Of a stretch of 64,000 nucleotides of DNA, positions 36,854 to 54,879 are shown piece by piece; within the stretch, counting starts at the first letter, position 1, and the number at the start of each line of letters is the position of its first letter. The stretch is from Octopus sinensis (Eukaryota). The position numbers and the translations under genes were made by a program. Location: the NCBI RefSeq assembly GCF_006345805.1, contig NC_043002.1, positions 116,808,001 to 116,872,000 on the forward strand, read 5' to 3'. A model generated the notes under the pieces. The model had not been told where the DNA came from. It worked only from the letters and a program-made list of their open reading frames with translations, and ran no database searches.

Positions 36854-39800
36854 TAAACGTAATGCCTTTTGCATCCTCCAAATTAAGGCCATCACATTGC
36901 CTACAGATGAAATGATCTTTGCTCTATTTGGAGCAAGTGAAAAGGAATGTTTCCACTGTATGCATAGTCTCTTTGTCTGTGGCTCAAAATGCTGAACACA
37001 ACACTCGTCCTGGCTTAGAAAACTTTCAAGGAAACCAGTTGGATCTGCCTCAAACAATGTCAAATTTTCCCGTGATGTGATCCCCTTGGTGCGGTTTTGA
37101 TCAGCTCTTATAAAACGTTGCAACCACTGAGGAGAAACCTTCATGCTAAGTTCACTGTGCAGAATGTTCTCAAATCTCTCTCGGGATATGATAATAGAGT
37201 TGGTTATAGTCCGTGTAGACTATAAAACAGTTGCAAGACGCCCAGACCATGGGTCATCTTCGAGACTCTCCCTTCTCTTAAATTCAGCTAGCCACTTTTG
37301 CCCTGTTGATAAAGCTGGAATATCATCTACTAATATGACATCTATGTCAGTATGTCCTTAGGGGCTAAGCTGTTTTTCTGCAGGTACTTGATGATACCAT
37401 GATGCCAAATCTTGTCGATTTTCAAGAGCACTCACTACTAGTTCTTTTAAAGTCTTCTTTGAACGGTCAGATGTCAGTTTATCAGGGAATAAATATGACG
37501 AGTTGAAATTATTTCGCGCAAGATTTCACATCACTCCTTCATGGCCAGCCTATGAACTTCTCAGCCCACCCTCGTAGATACATGTGTGTGTGTGCATGTG
37601 CGTGTGTCTGTGTGTATGCGTGTGTGTATGTATATGTGTGTACGAATGAATGAAAAAGATAAAGAAAAGTCATTAACATACCTTTAATTATAAGTTACAA
37701 ATGTTTCGTACCATCAACGTAATATTTGCGGATTTAAACATTGGAGAGGCATTTCCTCAGACTTGTATCAAAGGTGTGATATTTTGTTAGGAAAATATAC
37801 ATATAATATGTATTTAGGCTCGATAACCTAAATGGTGATGAACACAGCAGGTCGGAATACTCTGGTTAATGTTCAAACTGACCAAGCTACATTGTTAGAA
37901 ATTTCGAGATATTTTCATCAGAACAATTTTATCTTGCGCATTTTCTATCCAAATTCCAGGCTGAATAAATTGCATCTTGAAATCCCCCGGTCTTTGTTTA
38001 TGACAATTCATGGAAGTTCTATTTATACATATCCTTTGAATATTTAGATTTCCCCTTCTTAACTCACACGTTGTGTCAAAAACACTGCATTAGCCTAATG
38101 TTTTTCAAATGCATTTCGTCGAAGAATTGACAAGTATTAGCAATCTGGCTCCATATTTTCTCATAATTTGAAAAAGGAACTAAGTTTGTTCATTGAATCT
38201 TGCACAACTTTATTAATTTCATATTTCAGTATCTATCGGCTGTTCTACTTGTGCTGTCAATTTCTCTTCCCCACCATTTTCTTCCTAGATTTCTTTTTAT
38301 TGCCGTAACATTTGTTCAATCCTATTGCTTCTTTCTTTCTCTTTCTCTCTCCATTCTATTAGTTACTCATATAATCACAAATGTTCTTTTCATTTTCACA
38401 ATCCTCCTTCATAATTATGCACTTTTCATCATGCTATCTTATCAGATTGCATCCATTATTATCATAGTACAGTGACTGCCCTGTTCAATCTCTTGCTGTC
38501 GATTCCGCCTTTCTTCATCTTCCTCTGTCCTCTATTCATATTCTTTTTCTGTTTTGTTCACCGTTTTTACATTTCATTACATTTTTTTATTCTTTCTTTC
38601 TCTATATTATGTGTACATCTGTCGGCAAAATGTATCAGCAAATGATGTAAAACATCGATCAGAAATTGTTAAAACGGGGTTTTTTAAAGAAAATTCTGTT
38701 GTGACATTTGTTCTATCTTAGTTGCACAGACAATTTCTTGTTACTCTTGCCATCATAATTACAGTGAATGAGTAATGGGCCGTTTGAAACTTGTAATCAA
38801 CTTGTAATGATGTATTAAATAAACAACAACCAATATCACATGGCGGATTTCGAGGAATATAAGTTTCTTTTTAATAGAGAAAATGTTTCCGAAATATTTT
38901 CTTTATTATATTTCCATTTAGTCTCTTATCCAATTGGCTTTTATTAGGATCTTGATTCAAGCGAATGTAATCATAGATAAACCACAAAGTATAACCGATT
39001 CCTATTCAATCCAAATTATGTACCTGGAACTTAAGTTATGCAGTTATTTCGTGTCAAATAATATAGAAAAATAGAAAGAAAACTCATCTGAAATAGGAAA
39101 CATTCTTCAGACGGATCTATCATAAATTATTCTCCTCAAAGTGTTTCTTTGTTTCTTATTCTGTATTGTGCACCCCCCCCCCTTCGAAACATAGCATGCA
39201 ACTATAGAGCTACTGGGCCACAGAGTGAGTGAGTCATTATTGAGAAGCATTCTTATATTGGATATTGATGCGATGGTAATAAGTGTCAAAAAGCGATTAT
39301 AGATGGTTGTATTATGATACATTATGCTATAGAGGTTATTTTCATATTTCTACAGTTGTAGACAGACATGTATAATTTTCTTCAAGAACCGCATTATTTC
39401 CTTTGCATCGTCTTTCCCTGTAGTTATTAATATATTTTCAATAAATCATCCTGAAATTGACTTCTACAATTTAACTGTCAATTTTTATTAGGGTTATTGC
39501 TTTCTCAAACTAATCGATTGCAGTAATTGTTATTGCGTCTGAATATAGCGCCTTATAGCTTTCATAAGGTAATGCCCCAGAAGAAGAGGTCAGCCTCATA
39601 TTATGCTGTCATATGCTATAATAGACTACCCCAATAGATATTATGTGTATTTTTCAGAAGTTAGATTATATATTTTTAACATGCATCACTTGTAGCGTAT
39701 CTTAATAAATCTATTAGACTAGATGCTCTTTTTTTATGAATACGACAAGTCCAGATTGATATTTGTTGGTATCTTCTAAGAATAATATTTAGAATGATAT

Positions 39801-40349
39801 TTATGTAATAGATCTTTTAACTTGGTGTCAAGGTACAATCATTTCTAATTTAATTATCTGTATTTTTATAGGTCAAATTATATGTAGACTTTTAAAAGAT
39901 CCTCCAAATTTTATTACCAATTAATAACGGAATAACAATTAGTTTAGAGTTTATTAACAAATCACTTGCCATTTGCTTTCTAAAGGAATATGATAAATTT
40001 TCCCTCGATGATCAAGCTAGCATATATCTGAAGCCAATATCTTAGCAGTACTATTAAAATTCAGTAACAATACATTGTCAACAAGTATATAGGTAAAATC
40101 TATTTATCTAAAACATTATCTTTGTTTTCTTTGGACAACTACTATTACATAGAAGGAAACAATTCAAATGATTTTCGTATACTATACGTCGACAGAAAAT
40201 ATAGATTTCTATTCTTTTATGTCTATTGTATGATATGAAATTTATCTCCAGACGTATAAAAGCTTTGCTATCTTATCCATTGAAGCTATATTTATATATG
40301 TGATGATTGCTTCATCATGATGATTGTTTCATCTTGACAGGTGATAGCC

Positions 40350-44080
<3,731 letters not shown>

Positions 44081-45635
44081 AGAGGGCAAGTCATTGATGA
44101 GAGCAACGAAAGGACTTTCACAAACAACAAATTAAACAGGTATTTAACCGTTTGTCAAACAAGAAGTAAGTGATATTGAACAAGTCTGTATCATTATTAT
44201 TCGTATAATGACCGTCCCAAGACGCAACAAGATTGCTTCAACGCTGGAATTCACATCAAGAATCTTGCAAACGGAATGCAAAACGATATAAGTGAAAGGT
44301 TTAGAACAAAATCAAATTAAAAATGTCTATGATCTTCAGAATCTGTATAACATATAAAGATATCAAAGAAGTTTATTCTCTTAGAAAGCAAGCTTACGAC
44401 CCCTTCGCTACGTTTTTGTGTCCCCATTAGGGCTAATGTTAGCAAACACTAAAGCTTCTAATAATTTCCATCGATAGAAATAATCCCTTCACATGTTCTA
44501 CATGTTATCAAATTTGTCTTTCTAAATTTAATCTCGTTGCCACTAGAGTTTACGTAAGACAAAGTAGGACTATAATAACTCTCACCACGTGAAAAGACAT
44601 GAGTCTGCCAGTTATTTAATAAATCTTGTTTTTCTATCTGTGATCTTAATAAACACTGCTCGCCAAAGAACATCAATTGTGAGAATTCTTTGATGCATTT
44701 AACCGAGAAGGATCGTTTATATGACACTTGTGGTATAAACTTCCTGGGAAATTTTGAAATATAAAGTAAAAAGCATACGACGTACCATCACTGTTAAAGT
44801 AAATAAACGTGGTTCGATTTGACTCGTTTGAAGCTTTGTTAAAAACTCATTAGATATGGTATACGAGTTTTCTGCTCAGAGAAGCTTATGACTATAGAGT
44901 ATACAAATTCTGACTGAACAAATTTGGAAAGCTTCGTTAGCATAATAGTGGAAACGGAGCAGCAAGAATAAATGAATTCTGCACAAAACAGCATTTCGTT
45001 TTTCTTGTCAGAATAGACTCAAATTTAATGTTAATCTTACATATATATACTTTTAGTAAACGACGAATTTTGCTTCGTTATAAAAAAAAAACAGTCAAAG
45101 TACTGAAACCATACATTAATGTGGCAGAAATAAGACGTCCATCTCTCTATTTTCATGGTCTCTTCAGATATCGCTTATTCATTTCTCCCCTCCGAGAAAA
45201 GAGTAGTTTATAGCTGTATATAGTCTATGCAAGCACAGAAGTAGATAAGTAGGCATAACCAATTTTGCATAGCTGCGTAAATGGTGGGAGTGTGAATCAA
45301 TAATTCACTATACCTTAGTAAAAACAAGCATGAGAAAAACTATTTACTTTTCACAGCAAAGCAAAACTGCATGTTCAATAAAATTATACAAATATAGCTT
45401 GTATTTCAGATACACTCAGATGTTTATACAACGCAGACACGCACACACGTACGCTCGAAAATATGTGCATGTATATATGCAAATGTAAGTGTGCGTGAAG
45501 GTCCGTGTATAAATATATATATATATATATATACAAATACACGCGCACACACAGAGGTACACAAACATGAATGTATGTATGTAGGGATGTCAAAAAATCT
45601 ATATTATACCTGACGCAACATGTGTGTGTATATAT

Positions 45636-46690
<1,055 letters not shown>

Positions 46691-46692
46691 TG

Positions 46693-46850
46693 CATTTGAA
46701 CTCAGAACGTAACGGCAGACGAAATACGGCTACGCATTTCGCCCGGCGTGCTAACGTTTCTGCCAGCTCGCCGCCTTTTAAAAAAAAAATGGACGAAATG
46801 CCGTCAAACAATTTGTCCAGTGTGCTAATGATTCTACCAGCTCGCCGCCT
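46693..46850 (-). mobile_element. SINE family B head fragments (two)
   Basis: GGCGGCGAGCTGGCAGAAACGTTAGCACGCC on the minus strand, repeated degenerately at about 46790-46850. Confidence 0.8.
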
Positions 46851-47099
46851 ACCTAATAGTGTAAACATATTTAATGTCACATATTTAGTGTAAGTTGATT
46901 TGTCATTGCTCACAAGGGGCCGACATACAGAGGACAAACAGACATGCTTGAACAATTAACATATGAAAAATGAATAAGATGAAATTATACAATGAAGGTG
47001 AAACGGCCACCCCCGCCCCACTCCAGGATAGTTATGTGATTTCAATTATTTCAAACAATGAGTTTTTAACAGTTCTTTAAAAATAATCTCAGCTTACCA

Positions 47100-48300
47100 G
47101 TTTATGTCACTTTTAATGTCATCATAATTCACCGCTGGGACGCTGGGTTCAATATTCACCTAGGACCCCAGTGGTTTTACATCTGAAGGAAAAGCTTCTT
47201 TCAGAGACCTATATTTTCCTTCCTCCATCAGAATACATCGCATATCCTTATCATATTCCTCTGAAAGATTCACCCTAATAATCCCTTTCATTTTTGCTAT
47301 TTTCCTCTCCAGTTTTTGGGTCGTATGATATGTCACTAAAAAGATTTTGTTTCTGTGAACGTCTTGTGTGTCTGCGTGTTGTGTCTGTGTGTCTGTGCCT
47401 TTAGGTTTCTGTAACCCTGAGTTATTATGTGTCTGTCTGTCTATATTTCTATGTGTCTGTATGTCTATGTGTTTATGTGTCTGTGGGTTTCTATGTTTGT
47501 GTGATTCTAAGTCTGTATGTTTGCTTGCTGTTGCTCTTCTGCTTGTGGCATTTTTCTTCGCTGATCCCAAGGGCGTACTGCTTCTACTTGTCGTTGTTTG
47601 TTGGTCCACTTCTTTCTGTACTTTGTTTCTTCTGTTGTTGCTCCGTTTTTGGTGGTGAACTCCTCCCCTCTCTCTTCCCTGTTTTGGTCTCCATAAACTC
47701 TATGTTCTGTTCCACTTCCCGGGTCCTCCTCTCCACTTCCATTACGCCTATTTCTGTGGTTCCCATTGTTTTTCTTTTATTGGACACTTTCTTCTAATGT
47801 GCCCCTTCTCTCCACATTCGTGACACGTCGGAGGCTTCCCCTCTAACATTACATCTAGTTTGTCCCTCATTGGGCAGCTCCAATGTTTCTGGTATTGCTT
47901 CGCACTCTTTCTGATTCGCTATTAAAATTATTTCTATCTCTACCCCTATGAACTTACATGTTTGGATCCGGTTTATCAGAATTACTTTCACCTCCTCGTT
48001 GTCTCCTTCCTCTCTTGCGATGAAAATTGTAGCTATTATCCATTCTGGATTGATTCTAGTTGGGATCCTGCCCATCCTAATTCTGGTAACTCGTTTACCC
48101 AGGTAAGTGGGGAGGAGTGTCCATTTTTCCCTATGTAGTACCTTAGTGGAGTGTCTTTTTGCCACCTCTTCTGAGACAGAGGTAACCGCCACTGAATCGT
48201 AACTTTTCCATTGGCATAAAACGTTATGCTTCCCTTTAATTTTCCCAGGCATTCGTCCACCTCCTCCTGCGTTGTATTCTCGAGCCTCTTACTTTTCTTT
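47100..48300 (-). mobile_element. Tx1/L1-like ORF1-only element, copy 2
   Basis: WTLLPTYLGKRVTRIRMG...MLEGKPPTCHECGEKGHIRRKC (frameshifted CCHC knuckle); no ORF2. Confidence 0.7.
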
Positions 48301-48967
48301 TGAAAATGTTCTGTAAATTATTTACCATATGTTGATATTTCCGAAGCAGGTCCAAATTACAATGCAGTTCATTCTGTTCCAGCATACCCGGGTCGAAATA
48401 ACCGTAACTTCCCGTTGCTGCCGTGTAGCTCTTCCTTTCGCTATTCCGTCACAGGCCACCAAATAATGATGGCGTCATACAAAATAAAAACTGCTGCAAA
48501 GCAACACAGCATAATCCTCACAAAGCACTTCGCAGCTGCAGTATGTTGTCACGGCAAAAATCCCTTTAAGAGGTCGAGTGTTAAAAAGCACTGTATATCG
48601 CAAAACCAGGAATTGCCGCATAGGTGAGCGATAACGGTGGATATCTATATTTCGCAGTTATTTCAACTCACTTGAGTAACACTCGAAACGATTTCGAATC
48701 GCAGGTTTGAAGCGTAAAATCTATCAGCTGATAGATTTGACTATTCGCGTGAACCTTCGTATTTTTCTTTTCGTACTTTTCTCATGTTTTCTCATAAACC
48801 TGCATTTTGTTTTTCAGATACGTTTAATGGTATGCAATGAGTCAGAGAGATTGTTGGGCGATACATGGCATGTTATAGAAATCTCCCTAATTATTATTTC
48901 TCTACAGCAAGAAATTATAAATAGCTCTATTTTAAATTCGGTGTATGAGTAGATTTGGTAGAGGGAA

Positions 48968-49127
48968 ACGCAGGTGTGGCTGAGTGGTAAGAAGCTCATC
49001 TCCCAACCACATGGTACTGGGTACAGTGCCACTGCGTGGCACTCTGGGCAAATGTCTTCTACTATAGTCTCGGGCCGACCAAACAAAACCGTGTGAGTCG
49101 ATTTGGTAGACGGAAAGAAGGCCGTTG

Positions 49128-49130
<3 letters not shown>
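48968..49130 (+). mobile_element. SINE family A, 5' half
   Basis: TGGCTGAGTGGTAAGAAGC...GGGCAAATGTCTTC...GATTTGGTAGACGGAAAGAAGG, then (TA)n. Confidence 0.85.
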
Positions 49131-49159
<29 letters not shown>

Positions 49160-49166
49160 ATATATA

Positions 49167-49208
<42 letters not shown>

Positions 49209-49210
49209 TA

Positions 49211-49249
<39 letters not shown>

Positions 49250-49287
49250 TATATATATATATGTATATATATATATATTATATATTT

Positions 49288-49327
<40 letters not shown>

Positions 49328-49410
49328 GGTCCCGGGTTGATTCGGGGTTAACCACAGTAAATAAGGTACTCAATACATAGCAGAGTAAAATTAATTTATT
49401 ATATAGAAGG

Positions 49411-49461
49411 AGCTTCTACAGGACTAGAACTGTTTCATTCAAGAGAAATCTTCAGGAAGCT
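49411..49461 (-). ncRNA. Type I hammerhead ribozyme motif
   Basis: agcttc-CTGAAGA-t[ttc-tctt-gaa]t-GAAA-cag-ttctagtc-ctg-TA-gaagct; all core nucleotides present, GUA triplet. Confidence 0.8.
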
Positions 49462-49596
49462 AGTTAACAAGAATTGTATTGGCATTTATACATTTAGGCA
49501 GGTTTAAAGGGGTGTTGGTGGGGGACTTTTTGGGGGTAGGCATAGCGCAAAAAATCATACTTGGGGGAGTGGTCAAGGAGTCAGTGTTAAATTAGA

Positions 49597-49678
49597 TAGG
49601 AGAATAAATAAAAAAAAAAAAATAAAAATAAAAAATAAAAAATAAAAAATAAAAAAAAAAAAATAAAAAATAAAAAAT

Positions 49679-49711
<33 letters not shown>

Positions 49712-49754
49712 ATATATAAAAAAATATATAAAAAAAAAAAAATAAAAAAAAAAA

Positions 49755-49795
<41 letters not shown>
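49597..49795. repeat. (AAAAAT)n-like A/T-only tract plus (TA)n
   Basis: Direct reading. Confidence 0.9.
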
Positions 49796-49798
<3 letters not shown>

Positions 49799-49839
49799 GG
49801 GGGAATAGAGTTTTAGGTAAATAAGGAGATTCTCACTTA

Positions 49840-50576
49840 TACCTCTACACATACACACATATATACACTCACACATACATATACATATCTACACATACAC
49901 ATATATATGTATACATACACACACTCACTTGCATACACGTATACACACATGTATATATACACACACGACCACACATACGTATACACACAGAAAAATATAT
50001 ATATATATACACATACACACATATATATACACCCACACATACACATACATACACATATATATACATACATACACATACACATACATATATATATACATAC
50101 ACATATATATATATATATACACATATATATACATATGTGTACCCATGCATACCTACACATACACACATATATATATATATATATATATACATATACAAAT
50201 ACAGACCCATTCCCTAATTTTAATTTTATTATCTTCGTTTATTACTTTTGTTATCTTTGGCCGCTTGGTCACAAACATCTTGGCTATGACAGCCAGACCA
50301 TTTATCCGTCTACTGGAAAACAATTACTCATTCACTCACGCACACTCATTAGCACGTACACTCACTCATTCGTACACTCATACGCATACACGCACGCACG
50401 CGTTATATTCATACATACGTACATCTACATACATTCACGTATATACACATACGTACGCGTACCTACAGATTCATGTCTACACTCTTAGAAGGCTAGTCTA
50501 TACATATACACCAATAAATATAAATACACACACATACATGTACACCTACATACAAATACATACATGTACATATATA

Positions 50577-50628
<52 letters not shown>

Positions 50629-50759
50629 GCGTACCTACAGATTCATGTCTACACTCTTAGAAGGCTAGTCTATACATATACACCAATAAATATAAATACA
50701 CACACATACATGTACACCTACATACAAATACATACATGTACATATATATATATATACAT

Positions 50760-50805
<46 letters not shown>

Positions 50806-50969
50806 TATATTCATACTAACATGCATACTCAAAAAATAAGTAAATAGTAAATATATATACACGCAGTTATTCATACATGCATACTCAAAAAATAAATATT
50901 AAGTATATGTACGTGCAGTTACCTATTATATAGACGGATACATACATATAATAAACTTACACACATATA

Positions 50970-51001
<32 letters not shown>

Positions 51002-51072
51002 CATATATACACACATATATGTATAAACATAAATATATACATACACACATACACCTACATATACACATACAC

Positions 51073-51113
<41 letters not shown>

Positions 51114-51135
51114 TATATACACACACACACATATA
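49840..51135. repeat. Large (CA)n/(TA)n low-complexity block
   Basis: Direct reading; includes a 172-bp-period duplication. Confidence 0.9.
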
Positions 51136-51410
51136 TTTTCCTGTTTGTATTCTTCTATCTGCGGCTTTGCTCTTTAGTCTTCTACCAATTATTTTAGTCC
51201 TTATAAACTTTTAATTTCCCTGTCAAGATCTTTCAGACATACCCACCCTCTCTCTGATGACGAATACCCAGTGTACGGACATGCTAGCCTAAGACTTCAA
51301 ATTCACCGTACCCTAATTAAATATTCTAAATGACTTGAGATACCTGTATATATTTATATTTATATATGTGTGTGTGTACATATGTATATATATGTGTGTG
51401 TGTGTATATA

Positions 51411-51459
<49 letters not shown>

Positions 51460-51500
51460 GTGTATGTGTATATGTAGGTGTATGTGTGTATGTATATATT

Positions 51501-52535
51501 TATAATAATCCAGGTTTCTCGGAGCACTAGGCCACTTGGTGTAGAATAGATATACTATTAAATTAGTATCTAATTCTCTCACCCTTATTAATTAATTATA
51601 ATTATGCTGCATTTATTTCTAAATGCTGTATTTGTTTTCCGTGAAAATTTGGCGCGCTGTTAGTTGGGGCATTTGAATTATAACGTCGGATGTAATCAAT
51701 TGAACCACACGCGTATTTATCGTTATGGTAAGGTCTGGCGTGTGATTGAGTGGATTTCATCCAGATAGTTTTGGCTGAGGAGCTACAAGTGGATTTTTTT
51801 GTAAGTAATATTACATTTAATTCATTAATAGCGAAACAATTGTCCCAAAATAATCTGTATTTTTGTTATTTTTTATTTGCCCTGTCCGTGTGAGCTAACA
51901 ATCGTTCTGACTTTCATGGGAAACATGTATTTTTGTGGTTGAAACCTTTTGGATTAACTGGTGCTAGAGTGAGCCATATAGTGACCACTCTCTTATATTT
52001 ATTTTGTAAAAATATTATAATATGTTATAAAATATTATAATAATCCAGGTTTCTCGGAGCACTAGGCCACTTGGTGTAGAATAGATATACTATTAAATTA
52101 GTATCTAATTCTCTCACCCTTATTAATTAATTATAATTATGCTGCATTTATTTCTAAATGCTGTATTTGTTTTCCGTGAAAATTTGGCGCGCTGTTAGTT
52201 GGGGCATTTGAATTATAACGTCGGATGTAATCAATTGAACCACACGCGTATTTATCGTTATGGTAAGGTCTGGCGTGTGATTGAGTGGATTTCATCCAGA
52301 TAGTTTTGGCTGAGGAGCTACAGTGGATTTTTTTGTAAGTAATATTACATTTAATTCATTAATAGCGAAACAATTGTCCCAAAATAATCTGTATTTTTGT
52401 TATTTTTTATTTGCCCTGTCCGTGTGAGCTAACAATCGTTCTGACTTTCATGGGAAACATGTATTTTTGTGGTTGAAACCTTTTGGATTAACTGGTGCTA
52501 GAGTGAGCCATATAGTGACCACTCTCTTATATTTA
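51501..52535. repeat. Near-identical tandem duplication of a ~500-bp unit
   Basis: 51501-52001 and 52036-52535; one 1-bp indel noticed (ctacaagt vs ctacagt). Confidence 0.95.
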
Positions 52536-52539
52536 TATA

Positions 52540-52582
<43 letters not shown>

Positions 52583-52594
52583 ATATAGATAGAG

Positions 52595-52671
<77 letters not shown>

Positions 52672-52685
52672 TAGATAGATAGATG

Positions 52686-52952
52686 TGTCACTGATCTCTA
52701 TACATTCCTCTCCATATACTTTCTGCAACATTGCGTAGGCCTCCGAGCAGGTATCGCCATGACAACATTGTCACACGCTACACACGTTCCTTCCAAGCGC
52801 TGCTGTAAACAGCGGAAGTGAGCTAGAACGTTGAAACTTAGTGAGCATACACAGAAGAGTTCAAGGTCAATCTTTGCAAAGTAACTTCACTCTGCGTGCT
52901 TTACCTTCATTACTATGGCAACGGTCCGGTTACTTATTGATCAAACCTCATA
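52686..52952 (-). mobile_element. Mariner 5' fragment
   Basis: TIR-like TATGAGGTTTGATCAATAAGTAACCGGAC; GDTCSEAYAMLQKVYGEEC (HTH start). Confidence 0.75.
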
Positions 52953-52973
52953 TAGATGTATATATATATATAT

Positions 52974-53024
<51 letters not shown>

Positions 53025-53587
53025 AGATTTATGTATGTAGTTATACATATATATATATGTGCGTATGCGTTCTGTATTGTGTATGTCAATTACAATACAT
53101 ATTCTTGGGATGGCCATTAATAAACGTGTGCATTGAATGTATTACATTTTTCATTATCATGAATGAACTAGATAACCAAATAACCAAATAACCATTTAAT
53201 TAATCGATTACTTGATTAATCGTTTTATAAATCTTTGATTTGATTAATCGTTTTATCAATCTTTAATTCAGCTCGTTTGTCAAATTCTTTTCACCACCAT
53301 TCGATATGACAAACTTTTATTAACTAGGTCAGACTCGTTCTGTCACAGCATGCAAAGAGAGTTTGATAACGAAATTTTTCTGACAAAGCAGGCTGTTGAG
53401 TGCTCGAATGATGAATCAAACAAAAGAATAAGTTTGAGGTTTCATGTTTAACTAGGTGACAAAAAATTCCAAATGAAGCAAAATAAGCCGTGTATTTATT
53501 ATTTTTTTAATTAGTAAACAGCCTAACGCTACACAACATCTGCCTCAGCACAGGATTTCATATGAAGATCTGCAATATTTCTATATA

Positions 53588-53811
53588 CAATAATACCTCG
53601 CCATATCGCAGTTCACCTATTGCGATTTATCATTTGAGCTTACATCTATTCCTCTGTGGTGTTGTTTTGCATTTATAATAAAATGAATATATGCAAATTA
53701 TAAAAATAATAAAAAATATATATACTGTACAGTACGGTTTCTACTTCGCGGATTTTCACCTATCGCGAGGGTTTCTAGAACGTAACACCCGCGATAGTCG
53801 AGGGATTACTG
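53588..53811. mobile_element. Tigger-like MITE
   Basis: Imperfect TIRs TA|CAATAATACCTCG..ATCGC and GCGATAGTCGAGGGATTACTG|TA. Confidence 0.75.
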
Positions 53812-53937
53812 TATATGCGTGCGTGTGTGTGTGTGTGTGTGTGTCTCTCTCTCTCTCTCTCACTCTCTCTCTCTCTCACGCTCTCTCTCTCTCTATATAT
53901 ATATATACATACATATGTATAATATATATATATATAT

Positions 53938-54157
53938 TCTTTTATTCTTTTACTATTTTACCTGTTTTACTATTTTACCAGTTTCAGTCTTGTGACAGCG
54001 GCCATGCTCGAGCAGATAAACCTCAGGACTTATTCTTTGTAAGCCTAGTACTTATTCTCTCGGTTTCTTTTGCCGAACTGCTGAGTTACGGTGACGTAAA
54101 CACAGCAACATCGGTTGTAATGCGACAGTGGGAGAACCAACACAAACTAATTCATAC

Positions 54158-54244
<87 letters not shown>

Positions 54245-54419
54245 TGTGTGTATACGACAGGCTTCTTTCAGTTTCCGTCTACCAAACCCACTCAGAAGGT
54301 ATCGGTTGGCCCGAGGCTACAGTAGAAGACACTTCCCTAAGGTGTCACGCAGTGGAACTGAACCTGGAACCATGTGGTTGGGAAGCAAGCTTCTTAACAC
54401 ACAGCCACTCTTGCGCCTT
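53938..54419 (-). mobile_element. SINE family A, complete
   Basis: Colinear with the 30211 copy; internal (GT)n. Confidence 0.9.
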
Positions 54420-54725
54420 TACATACATACACACACTCGTGTGTGTGTAAATATCAGTATACTTACAGTTGCATATAACAAATATACGTTGGTACATATA
54501 CGGGCCAATATTTGGTTAGAAAAAATTAAATGCCAGCTAATCAGATGTCAATGTATAAATAGATGTAAACGTCTCAAACCCATATAATTAGCTCAACATG
54601 ACCGCAATCCATACGATGAAACCAAAGGAAGAAACATTTATGCATGTGTGCTTGTATGTATGCACTTGTATGCACCTGTGCATTTATAGGTATATGTATA
54701 TTTACACCCACACACACCCACACAC

Positions 54726-54760
<35 letters not shown>

Positions 54761-54879
54761 TTAAGCAAAAATTTAGATTCAGATGAATATGGTACTTAAC
54801 ACAACCACTCTTGCGCCTTTACATACATACACACACACGTGTGTGTGTAAGTATCAGTATACTTAGTTGCATATAACAA

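Larger units (their letters stand above)
34480..37574 (-). mobile_element. Mariner transposon split by two insertions
   Basis: 5' TIR TA|CGAGGGTGGGCTGAGAAG at 37574; FLSQDECCVQHFEP, DAKGITF/IDY, YYTNLLRQL, DNAPAH, PPYSPDLAGSDYHLF occur in order once the inserts are removed. Confidence 0.88.
49322..49850 (-). mobile_element. Penelope-like pLTR fragment
   Basis: Contains an intact-looking hammerhead; inserted in the SINE's (TA)n; interrupted by an A/T tract. Confidence 0.55.

Noticed and set aside
39024-39088. Minus-strand exon candidate with strong acceptor and CAG|GT donor
   Set aside because: Stop codons in all three frames.
44458-44727. IKEFSQLMFFGEQCLLRS resembling a bacterial integrase motif
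   Set aside because: Short, isolated similarity with no supporting catalytic motifs; likely chance.
51501-52535. CRISPR-like or other prokaryotic array
   Set aside because: Only two long units with no repeat-spacer periodicity; no CRISPR array or prokaryotic operon is seen anywhere in the window.
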